Part shown: positions 56,386 to 64,000 of the stretch, one piece after another
How the letters are laid out: each line of letters starts with the position of its first letter
Position numbering within the stretch: the first letter of the stretch is position 1
Virus record (IMG/VR): IMGVR_UViG_3300030329_006012
Coordinates: 1 to 64,000 of that record
Source: a virus
Direction: 5' to 3' (one strand)
Length of the DNA: 64,000 nucleotides
Program-made: the position numbers and the translations under genes
The notes under the pieces: generated by a model
Told to the model about the DNA's origin: nothing
The model's database searches: none
What the model saw: the letters and a program-made list of their open reading frames with translations, nothing else

Positions 56386-56401
56386 TTAGGAGAAAAGTAA
56401 A

Positions 56402-56941
56402 ATGTCAAATATTGGAGATATTGTAAAAGGAATTAATCAAGCTGCAGCTAACGCTCACGACGGCGCGGTGGACGAAGAGGGTGAGCCCTTGGATATTGGA
56501 TTGCACCGCGATAAGCCGACTCCAATAACTGACCGCCGCGTCATGGACGGCTTCGGCGTGTCCATTAATGGTACCACGATGCGTGTAAATTACCACCGCG
56601 AAGTTGCAACCAACGAGGTTATGGACAACCGACTGAAGACGGATATTGAAACATCCATTGAAGAGGTGGCGTCCTTTCTGAAGAAGGAATACAAGAAGAT
56701 AACTGGCGAAGCCTTAAAGCTCAAGAAGTTGCCAGGTGACGTGATTGGAAACGTCCAGTCAACTTCTCGTGTCCGCTCTTGGGTGCAAGCACACTGTGAC
56801 TATGAAATTCAGGGCGCAGACGGCCACAACGTAAAAGACAAAGACGGAATTGATGCCTCTATTAGAACCTTCTTGGAGTTAGGAAAATCCCCCAAGAAGC
56901 CCCAGAACGTATCAATCAGTGCTGCCGCTAACGAAAAATAG
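56402..56941 (+). CDS. Hypothetical protein
   Basis: 179-aa ORF with AGGAG RBS, preceded by CTAATTA at 56382. Confidence 0.65.
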   Translation: MSNIGDIVKGINQAAANAHDGAVDEEGEPLDIGLHRDKPTPITDRRVMDGFGVSINGTTMRVNYHREVATNEVMDNRLKTDIETSIEEVASFLKKEYKKITGEALKLKKLPGDVIGNVQSTSRVRSWVQAHCDYEIQGADGHNVKDKDGIDASIRTFLELGKSPKKPQNVSISAAANEK

Positions 56942-56950
56942 GTGACAGCC

Positions 56951-58549
56951 ATGACTGGCTACCAGCTCACAAAAAAGCAGATTATCAAAGAGATCGTTAA
57001 ATGTGGCAAGGATCCGGTCTATTTCACCAACACATACGCAAGGATCTCCCACCCACAACTGGGACAGATCCCTTTCAACACATATGATTTCCAGACCCAA
57101 CTGTTAAGAGACTTCACAGATTATCGATTTAATGTGATCTTGAAAGCGAGGCAGCTGGGCATTTCTACGATCTCTGCAGCCTATATCGCGTGGCTGATGA
57201 TGTTTCACAAAGAGAAGAATGTCCTTGTTGTTGCAACGAAGTTTGGCACCGCATCCAATCTTGTTAAAAAAGTGAAGCAGATTATAAAGAATCTACCAGA
57301 TTGGATGGCAACCGCCAACATTACTATAGATAACAGATCCTCGTTTGAGCTATCGAACGGGTCTCAGATCAAGGCATCTTCGACCTCTGGTGACGCCGGC
57401 CGCTCGGAAGCCCTCTCTCTTTTGGTGGTTGACGAGGCGGCTCACGTCGAAGGTTTGGACGAGTTGTGGATGGGCTTGTATCCTACTCTTTCGACGGGTG
57501 GAACGTGTATTGCCCTCTCAACGCCCAATGGCGTTGGGAACTGGTTCCACAAGACGTTTTCCGACGCAGACGAAAACAGAAACGATTTTCACTCCACCAC
57601 TCTAACTTGGGATGTGCACCCAGACAGAGACAAAGAGTGGTTTGAAAGAGAGACACGGAATATGTCTAGGCGCGACATCGCGCAGGAACTTGAGTGCTCT
57701 TTCCTCGCCTCTGGAGAGTCGGTGATCCACCCTGATGACATAACGAGGCTGGAGGGGTTGGTTGTTGAACCGAAGTACAAGACCGCTTTTGATAGAAATT
57801 TGTGGATCTGGGAGGAGTTCAAGCCGGAGAACTCTTACATTTTAGTTGCCGATGTTGCTCGCGGAGACGGTAAGGACTTTTCGGTATTTAACGTTATCAA
57901 ACTAGAGACGATGGAGGTCGTGGCCGAATATCAGGGGAAACCAAATCTCGAAGCCTTTGCTGGACTACTCAACACTTCCGGCCGCGAATATGGCGACTGC
58001 ATGCTCGTGGTGGAAAATAACAATATTGGCTTCAATATATTGGAAAAACTTGTGGATGTGCAGTACCCAAACCTGTACTATTCAAGCAAGGGATCTCACG
58101 AGTATGTAGACCCCCTTGTTGCTGAAACCAAGTCGTCCGCCATTCCTGGATTCACCACCTCCATGAAGACACGTCCCCTAATCATCGCAAAATTGGAAGA
58201 ATATATTCGTAATAAACTACTTAAAGTGTATTCTATACGCCTAATCAGTGAAATGAGAACGTTTGTATGGAATCATGGACGACCCGAAGCCATGCGTGGC
58301 TACAATGATGATCTTATGATGTCGTTGGCGATTGCATGCTGGGTCCGAGATACGGCAATACTTACTAATAGTAGGTCCGTAGAGTACAGCAAGGCTTGTT
58401 TGGACGCGATGATTGTAACAAATACTAAAATAAACACTAAAATTCCTGGACAAATGGGTTATAATAGTTCATTAGACGCAGATAGATCAAGAAAAAGAGA
58501 AGAAACTATTAAAGAATACCAAGATTACATGTGGCTTTACAAAGGATAG
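56951..58549 (+). CDS. Terminase large subunit (T4 gp17-like)
   Basis: LKARQLGIST (Walker A region), LLVVDEAAH, STPNG, QELECSF, ADVARGDGKDFS, VENNNIG and DDLMMSLAI. Confidence 0.95.
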   Translation: MTGYQLTKKQIIKEIVKCGKDPVYFTNTYARISHPQLGQIPFNTYDFQTQLLRDFTDYRFNVILKARQLGISTISAAYIAWLMMFHKEKNVLVVATKFGTASNLVKKVKQIIKNLPDWMATANITIDNRSSFELSNGSQIKASSTSGDAGRSEALSLLVVDEAAHVEGLDELWMGLYPTLSTGGTCIALSTPNGVGNWFHKTFSDADENRNDFHSTTLTWDVHPDRDKEWFERETRNMSRRDIAQELECSFLASGESVIHPDDITRLEGLVVEPKYKTAFDRNLWIWEEFKPENSYILVADVARGDGKDFSVFNVIKLETMEVVAEYQGKPNLEAFAGLLNTSGREYGDCMLVVENNNIGFNILEKLVDVQYPNLYYSSKGSHEYVDPLVAETKSSAIPGFTTSMKTRPLIIAKLEEYIRNKLLKVYSIRLISEMRTFVWNHGRPEAMRGYNDDLMMSLAIACWVRDTAILTNSRSVEYSKACLDAMIVTNTKINTKIPGQMGYNSSLDADRSRKREETIKEYQDYMWLYKG

Positions 58550-58552
58550 AAT

Positions 58553-60502
58553 ATGGCAGACAATACAAGAAACCCCAGAAACCCCCAGTCGGGATTATTC
58601 AATAGGCTCACCAGACTTTTTTCGGGCCCCATTGTCAACCGCCGGACACAAACTTATCGACAGCAACGCCGCCGCCAGCTAAACAAGTATAAGAAGCAGT
58701 TCTACTCCACAAGCGGCCTCCAGTTTAAGAAATCGACGTACAACCCGTTTGACGTTATGCAAACAAATCAAATATCCAACCAAAACCGCGCAGAGCGGTA
58801 TATGGATTTTGACCAGATGGAGTACACTCCAGAAATCGCCTCGTCACTGGACATTTACGCAGATGAGATGACAACATATTCACAAATACAGGACATGTTA
58901 AAGATAAATTGTTCCAATGACGAGATCAAAACTATCCTATCATCATTATATAGCAATGTCTTGAACCTGCAATTCAATCTATTCGGCTGGTGTCGCACAA
59001 TGTGCAAATATGGCGACTTCTTCCTGTATCTCGACATCGACGAAGAAGAGGGAGTCAAGACAGTTATCGGCTTGCCACCGCAAGAAGTTGAAAGGATGGA
59101 GGGCGAAGACCCAACAAATCCGAATTACATACAATTTCAGTGGAATTCAGGCGGCCTGACTTTTGAAAACTGGCAAGTCGCCCATTTCAGAATTCTTGGT
59201 AATGACAAATACAGTCCATATGGCACTTCCGTACTGGAACCAGCCAGAAGAATCTGGAGACAACTCACTTTGCTGGAGGATGCCATGATGTCCTATCGCA
59301 TTGTACGATCCCCAGAAAGACGTGTGTTCTATATTGACGTTGGCAACATTGCTCCACAAGATGTCGAGCAATACATGCAGCGCATTATGACTCAAATGAA
59401 ACGAAATCAAGTTGTTGATGCTCAAACCGGACGAGTGGATTTAAGATATAATCCTCTGTCGGTAGAGGAGGACTATTTCATGCCCGTGCGTGGTGATTCC
59501 TCTTCAAAGATCGAATCGCTGCCTGGCGGAACATTCACCGGCGACATCGACGACGTTAAATATTTAAGAGACAAGCTATTCTCAGCACTCAAGGTGCCGC
59601 AGTCCTATTTGTCTCGCGGCGAAGGCGCAGATGAAGACAAGTCTACTTTGGCGCAGAAGGATATCCGCTTCGCTAGAACGATCCAGAGACTTCAACGCAG
59701 TGTTCTGTCGGAAATAGAGAAGATAGGCACTGTTCACCTCTATACTCTTGGTTTCCGAGGAGATGACTTAGTAAACTTCTCCTTGAGCCTGAACAATCCA
59801 TCTAAAATTGCGGAACTTCAAGAGCTGGAACACTGGAGAACGAAGTTTGATGTCGCAGCCGGAGCTACTGAAGGATTCTTTAGTAAGCGATGGCTGGCCA
59901 CGAACCTCTTCGGACTTTCAGACGATGAGATTATCAGAATGCAGCGAGAAATGTTCTTTGATAGAAAGTTCGATGCTCAGCTTAACGCAGTCGGAGAAGC
60001 AGTGGAATCAGAAGGTGGAATGGGTGGCGACTTCGGCGGAGATGATATCGGCGGAGATGATTTCGACGACGATTTAGGCGGAGACGATCTTGGCGGAGAC
60101 GATCTTGGCGGAGACGATTTGGGTGATGACGAAGATGAAACCCTTCTCGTAGCACCCCCTGGAAGGCGAAGCGATAAAGCTGCAATTGGAGAATTTACCA
60201 CAACCCCGAAGTCAAAGGGGAAGAGATACAAGAAGCGAGGACAGGGTGGCCACAAAGCGGCTGCACGGAACTATAGCATGGACGCCCACGCAGGTGGTCA
60301 CAAGAGATCCACCACGACGGGAAACACTGTTCCGGGCCTCGATGGCCTTAAAACTCTCGCAAATGGAATATTTGAAGAGAAGGGCACTAATTATAAAAAG
60401 GACGAAAAGAAAATCCTATTGGCCAGCCACGAGCTTAGGCGTTTTGCGGAATCTTTAGTCAGTTCGGAAAAACCGGAGAAGGATGAAAATGGCAAAGCAT
60501 AA
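58553..60502 (+). CDS. Portal protein (T4 gp20-like)
   Basis: PEIASSLDIYADE, KYGDFF, YRIVRSPERRVFYIDVGN, EDYFMP, LPGG and DDVKYLRDKLFSALKVP. Confidence 0.95.
   Translation: MADNTRNPRNPQSGLFNRLTRLFSGPIVNRRTQTYRQQRRRQLNKYKKQFYSTSGLQFKKSTYNPFDVMQTNQISNQNRAERYMDFDQMEYTPEIASSLDIYADEMTTYSQIQDMLKINCSNDEIKTILSSLYSNVLNLQFNLFGWCRTMCKYGDFFLYLDIDEEEGVKTVIGLPPQEVERMEGEDPTNPNYIQFQWNSGGLTFENWQVAHFRILGNDKYSPYGTSVLEPARRIWRQLTLLEDAMMSYRIVRSPERRVFYIDVGNIAPQDVEQYMQRIMTQMKRNQVVDAQTGRVDLRYNPLSVEEDYFMPVRGDSSSKIESLPGGTFTGDIDDVKYLRDKLFSALKVPQSYLSRGEGADEDKSTLAQKDIRFARTIQRLQRSVLSEIEKIGTVHLYTLGFRGDDLVNFSLSLNNPSKIAELQELEHWRTKFDVAAGATEGFFSKRWLATNLFGLSDDEIIRMQREMFFDRKFDAQLNAVGEAVESEGGMGGDFGGDDIGGDDFDDDLGGDDLGGDDLGGDDLGDDEDETLLVAPPGRRSDKAAIGEFTTTPKSKGKRYKKRGQGGHKAAARNYSMDAHAGGHKRSTTTGNTVPGLDGLKTLANGIFEEKGTNYKKDEKKILLASHELRRFAESLVSSEKPEKDENGKA
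60035..60121 (+). repeat. 15-bp tandem repeat (GGCGGAGAYGATNTN) encoding GGDD[ILF] in the portal tail
   Basis: About five copies giving GGDDIGGDDFDDDLGGDDLGGDDLGGDDL. Confidence 0.9.
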
Positions 60503-61298
60503 TAAAAAAAGAAACACTGCGTTCATTTTCGAAGCACTCAGTCACGAGATGACTCAGGCGATTGTATCGAAAGATGACGTCAGGCGACAAAAGATTGTAA
60601 AGATAGTGAGGCACCACTTTAAAAAAGGAACAGAACTCAGGAAAGAGCTGGATCTCTTCCAGGCACTCTCCGAGAACTATGGCACCAAGGACGAAGCTTC
60701 GAAAATTCTGCAGGAAGCCAAATCGAGACACTCCAAGGTCAATAGAGAGAAGCTGTTCTCTGAGCAGACAAAGCTCATCAATCGCATCAACAAAGAGTTA
60801 TCAAAGGGCGTCTTCTCAAACTTTGTTGGAAACTACAAAGATTTGGCAACTATCTACAAGGTATTCAATGATGACACTCCCATCAAGGAGAAGATTTTAT
60901 TGGAGGAGGTTGTAGTTTCTTCTATGGTCTCAGACTCAGATTCTGAAAAGATGAAGCCAGTAGATGGTGTTGTGTACAGCACATTTGTCAAGAAGTTTAA
61001 CGAGGAGTATTCAAGGAAACTCCCAACTGAACAGAAGGAATTACTCAACAGATATGTGAGCTCTGTATCCGACAATGGCTTAGAATTCAAATTCTATCTT
61101 AACGAAGAAATCGGGCGCCTAAAGAAGAGGGTTCAAGAGTCGCTAGAGGTCGAGGAAATAAAGGCAGACCTACAGATGACAGACTCAACCAAGAGGGTTT
61201 TTAAAATTCTTGAGGATCTTTCTGAAGAGCCCCTTGGCGAAGAAGTGGTTAAGAAGGTAATGAGTGTGCAGAACTTTATATTGGAGGTAGATTCATAA
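60483..61298 (+). CDS. Hypothetical head-module protein (start 60483 or 60489)
   Basis: KHNKKRNTAFIFEAL; helical; lies between portal and protease genes. Confidence 0.7.
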   Translation: MKMAKHNKKRNTAFIFEALSHEMTQAIVSKDDVRRQKIVKIVRHHFKKGTELRKELDLFQALSENYGTKDEASKILQEAKSRHSKVNREKLFSEQTKLINRINKELSKGVFSNFVGNYKDLATIYKVFNDDTPIKEKILLEEVVVSSMVSDSDSEKMKPVDGVVYSTFVKKFNEEYSRKLPTEQKELLNRYVSSVSDNGLEFKFYLNEEIGRLKKRVQESLEVEEIKADLQMTDSTKRVFKILEDLSEEPLGEEVVKKVMSVQNFILEVDS

Positions 61299-61834
61299 TG
61301 GCTATTGAAATAAAGGTGGATGCTGAAGCCACGCCATCCAAAAAAGAAGCCACAAATGAAAGGCCCCTAAGCTTCTCGCTCAACGCCCGTCGAAGCATCG
61401 ACGGGAATATTATGATTTTCGATCATATTGACATCGATATAGTTTATGCACCTGGTGTACGCAAGGTCATGACCTTTGCAAAAGATATGCTAAGTGATAG
61501 TGTTTATGCCGCCCAAAACAGAATGTTCGAATACCTCTCAAAGCACGGAGTCGTAACGAGAGACACTGTTCAGGGAGGGAATGTTTACGGCTCAATGGAA
61601 GGAGCCGTTCCTGAGCCAGTTGGCGATCTTGATGCGACCAAAGTGTTCATGATGTCTATCGGCAAGTTCTTGGAAGAAGAAAAGCCCTATTTCATGTATG
61701 AAAAAGCGTACAAGGAGCAAGAACTGGAGGATCTGGTCGATCCAGACGCTCAGGACTCTACAGAGCTTGGAGAAGTCCCACAGGCTGCCAAGAAAGGCTC
61801 CATCGGAAAATTGAGAGGATACTGGAACGTCTAA
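61298..61834 (+). CDS. Hypothetical protein
   Basis: 178-aa ORF with GGAGG RBS, coupled by TAATG. Confidence 0.7.
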   Translation: MAIEIKVDAEATPSKKEATNERPLSFSLNARRSIDGNIMIFDHIDIDIVYAPGVRKVMTFAKDMLSDSVYAAQNRMFEYLSKHGVVTRDTVQGGNVYGSMEGAVPEPVGDLDATKVFMMSIGKFLEEEKPYFMYEKAYKEQELEDLVDPDAQDSTELGEVPQAAKKGSIGKLRGYWNV

Positions 61835-62175
61835 TGAACCTCTTGATGTTTGTTTTGTGTGCCTTTGGCCTAACACAAATAATAGTTTATGGTACAATTT
61901 TTGATAAAATGCGCCCCACAGAGGGGTGGCTTGGGTGTCTTTTTAATTGTTCTATGTGCGTTGGTTTTTGGTCTGGGGTATTTCTTTGGGGAATAAACGA
62001 TTTTACAACACTATTTATCTTTGATAATAGCATCCTAACAGGGTTTTTGCTGGGATGCTTGTCTTCAGGTACTAGCTATATATTATGCCAGGTGGTTGGA
62101 GATGAGGGAGTAAAGTATGAACGGCTGGACAAAAAAGTGGATGCTTCAACCAGTAAGACGTTGTTGCAAGGGTAA
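61834..62175 (+). CDS. Small membrane protein with C-x2-C..FW motif (DUF1360-like)
   Basis: Three hydrophobic segments and LFNCSMCVGFW. Confidence 0.6.
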   Translation: MNLLMFVLCAFGLTQIIVYGTIFDKMRPTEGWLGCLFNCSMCVGFWSGVFLWGINDFTTLFIFDNSILTGFLLGCLSSGTSYILCQVVGDEGVKYERLDKKVDASTSKTLLQG

Positions 62176-62179
62176 CTGA
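62117..62179 (+). CDS. Putative 20-aa overlapping peptide MNGWTKKWMLQPVRRCCKGN
   Basis: GAGGGAG RBS, CTATTTA about 100 nt upstream and a terminator-like hairpin directly downstream. Too short for the ORF track. Confidence 0.4.
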   Translation: MNGWTKKWMLQPVRRCCKGN

Positions 62180-62183
62180 CTCG

Positions 62184-62204
62184 GACGGGTAATGCCCGTC
62201 TTTT
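62184..62204 (+). terminator. Putative intrinsic terminator
   Basis: GACGGG-TAATG-CCCGTC stem-loop followed by TTTT. Confidence 0.55.
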
Positions 62205-62219
62205 GATTTGGAGAAATTG

Positions 62220-62834
62220 ATGTCAAAGTATTTATTAACCGAGTATTACGAGCTTTGCCCAAATGGGACATGCGAAGACCTGCTTACTGAGGCAGAGAAG
62301 CAATTGGTCAAGAACGGAGCAATGTTTTTGACTGGAGTTATGCAACGAGCTAACGCCAAAAACGGCAACGGCCGTCGCTATCCAAGGCCCGTGCTTGAGC
62401 GCGAGATGGAAAACTACAAGAAGCTCGTCCGAGATAGACGCGCCGTCGGCGAACTCGACCACCCGGACTCTGATGTTGTTAATTTAAAAAACGCATCTCA
62501 TATTGTTACAGAGGTTTGGTGGGACGGTGACGATGTTAAGGGGAAGGTTCAATTACTAGACACTCCTTCCGGACAGATTTTGAGATCACTGGTGAATGGT
62601 GGCGTTAAGTTGGGAATCTCTTCTCGTGGACTTGGCTCTGTTGCCCAGTCCGGCAACGACACCATTGTTCAGGAGGATTTTCAGCTGATATGTTTTGACT
62701 TTGTTTCAGAGCCCAGCACCACCGGTGCCTTTATGGTAAAGGAAAGTAAGAGTCGAGCCAACAATATCACCACAAAGGCAGATAGAATAAACAGAGCTTT
62801 GAACAACATTTTAAAGCCGTGGGAGAACAAATAA
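62220..62834 (+). CDS. Prohead core protease (T4 gp21-like)
   Basis: GVMQRANAKNGNGRRYP, GELDHP, ASH, LGISSRGLGS and FDFVSEPS. Confidence 0.93.
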   Translation: MSKYLLTEYYELCPNGTCEDLLTEAEKQLVKNGAMFLTGVMQRANAKNGNGRRYPRPVLEREMENYKKLVRDRRAVGELDHPDSDVVNLKNASHIVTEVWWDGDDVKGKVQLLDTPSGQILRSLVNGGVKLGISSRGLGSVAQSGNDTIVQEDFQLICFDFVSEPSTTGAFMVKESKSRANNITTKADRINRALNNILKPWENK

Positions 62835-63685
62835 TGAAAATCCGCAAATCACTATTAAAAAAGATCATACAGGAAGAAGTTACTAACGCTAAGTTCATTA
62901 ATGTCCGAGAAGATTCTGAAGAGCCAAGCATCATCGCCCCCGGCTTGGGAGACTTCGGCCAAGACGCCATCGCTGTATTAAAACAAACCAGAGAGTTTAT
63001 CGACAAAATGATCGAGGAAGATCAGGTTTATGGCAATCTAGTGGACAGTTCCATTGCAAGGCTGCAAGGAATTGCCAAGTTTCACAAAGAACTGCAAACT
63101 CGCATGAATGAGGATAACTTTTTTGACACCTCTACGGAGACTGCTGAGGCTGCCGAGCAAGAGGCCGAGGACGACACTGCGCCAGTAGACGAGTCAAGCC
63201 GTCTTCTCGACGAAATCATCGTTCAGGAGATTATTAAAATATTGGGCGAAGGACCACTTAGCCACACTCATCAAGCCAGAGCACTGCAGAAAAAGGCCAA
63301 GGAGCAAGGTGCACTCGGTCATAACGATGCCGCAGCCCTGAAATATCATTTGGCTCAGTCTGAAAAAGAAAAAGCCGCATTGGGAGAAAAAGCCAATTGG
63401 GGCGGAAACAAGGGCGATCAAAACCGATCCGCAAAGCGAGGAGAAAAGTCCCTTGACGGCGCCGAAGATTTCGAGCCAGTTTTTGAAGAAAAAGACGACG
63501 ACTGGATGGGCGATGTTAAATCGACTGGCGAGTGGACAGATTATACCGTAGCTGAATTAGAGAAAAAGAAGGCGACTCTCATGAAAAAAGAAAAGAGAAC
63601 TGCTGACGAAGTAAAGACAGTGCGTCAATTGAATTTTGCCATCAGAGCAAAGAAGGGTGAGTTGAGTGAAGAAGAGCGAACTTAA
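62834..63685 (+). CDS. Acidic, charged head protein (scaffold/core-like)
   Basis: Repeated (K/E)IIQEE / IIVQEII motifs and low complexity; directly after the protease. Confidence 0.5.
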   Translation: MKIRKSLLKKIIQEEVTNAKFINVREDSEEPSIIAPGLGDFGQDAIAVLKQTREFIDKMIEEDQVYGNLVDSSIARLQGIAKFHKELQTRMNEDNFFDTSTETAEAAEQEAEDDTAPVDESSRLLDEIIVQEIIKILGEGPLSHTHQARALQKKAKEQGALGHNDAAALKYHLAQSEKEKAALGEKANWGGNKGDQNRSAKRGEKSLDGAEDFEPVFEEKDDDWMGDVKSTGEWTDYTVAELEKKKATLMKKEKRTADEVKTVRQLNFAIRAKKGELSEEERT

Positions 63686-64000
63686 AAAGATATTAAAACC
63701 CATCATTAAAGAATGTATTAAAGAATCTCTCTACGAAGAGGGTTTGCTTAAAAATATTGTCTCTCAAGTAGTTGAGGGCTATTCGGCTGGTACCCCAAAG
63801 ATCGTGGAAGAAAAGGTCGTAAGTCGCATCGATAGCGATGAACAAGATAAGCATGCCGCGAAGATAAAGGGAAAGCTTGAAGAGACTAAAAAGAAGATGT
63901 TGAATGCAATTGGTTCATCGGCTTACGGCGGCGTAAATGTATTCGAGGGAACCACTCCAGCGCCCAGTGAGGGCGTTGCACACGCTAATCCGATGGAAGG
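63666..64000 (+). CDS. Hypothetical head-module protein, 3'-truncated
   Basis: GTG 63666 opens MKKSELKKILKPIIKECIKESLYEEG... with no stop before the window end; absent from the supplied track. Confidence 0.7.
   Translation, partial: MKKSELKKILKPIIKECIKESLYEEGLLKNIVSQVVEGYSAGTPKIVEEKVVSRIDSDEQDKHAAKIKGKLEETKKKMLNAIGSSAYGGVNVFEGTTPAPSEGVAHANPME

Noticed and set aside
60035-60121. 15-bp repeat as a CRISPR or origin iteron
   Set aside because: It has no spacers and is fully explained by the encoded GGDDL peptide repeat.
50924-60502. Inteins or introns in SbcCD, terminase or portal
   Set aside because: Catalytic motifs are at normal spacing, and no C/S...HN splice junctions or LAGLIDADG/HNH inserts were recognised.
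62177-62204. TGA plus hairpin as a selenocysteine (SECIS) signal
   Set aside because: The hairpin is followed by a T-run like a terminator, readthrough would add only 8 residues, and no sel genes are in the window.
767-63421. Numerous minus-strand and alternate-frame ORFs of 60-155 aa in the supplied track
   Set aside because: All lie within longer + strand genes with recognisable motifs, lack RBS or motif support and read as antisense shadows.
1-64000. Stop-codon reassignment, tRNA genes or large ncRNAs
   Set aside because: Genes are full length in code 11 and end at TAA, TAG and TGA. Intergenic gaps are under about 100 nt and none showed a tRNA cloverleaf pattern by eye.

Overview
This window is a 64 kb piece of a large, T4-like (myovirus-type) dsDNA bacteriophage genome. 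It is densely coding, every credible gene is on the + strand, and the standard genetic code reads through without problems. Modules in order: (1) 1-11.6 kb, a truncated Cas4-like nuclease followed by a tightly overlapping glycan cluster. The cluster has three GT4-type glycosyltransferases, a GT-A transferase, a GT29/sialyltransferase-like protein, a DHDPS/NAL-family aldolase, two methyltransferases, a CMP-ulosonate cytidylyltransferase, KdsA, a sulfotransferase-like protein, a 2OG-Fe(II) dioxygenase and a HAD phosphatase flanked by a 42-bp direct repeat. (2) 11.6-13.2 kb, small genes and a gp55-like late sigma factor. (3) 13.2-49.4 kb, baseplate and tail genes: M23 peptidase, gp25-like and gp6/J-like wedge proteins, and very large LamG, YWTD and fibre proteins. 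(4) 49.4-54.1 kb, a RuvC-like resolvase, a primase and a single-chain SbcD-SbcC (Mre11-Rad50) fusion. (5) 54.1-56.9 kb, membrane proteins, a lone QueC-like gene and an Hc1-like histone H1 mimic. (6) 56.9-64 kb, large terminase, portal, prohead protease and head-associated genes. The best candidate for a new system is an apparently phage-encoded CMP-Kdo-like (ulosonic acid) synthesis, transfer and tailoring pathway, together with strong enrichment of [ST]-[GAS]-S tripeptides in a subset of virion proteins that could be its acceptor sites. That link is inference. All family calls come from motif recognition by eye, with no database searches run.
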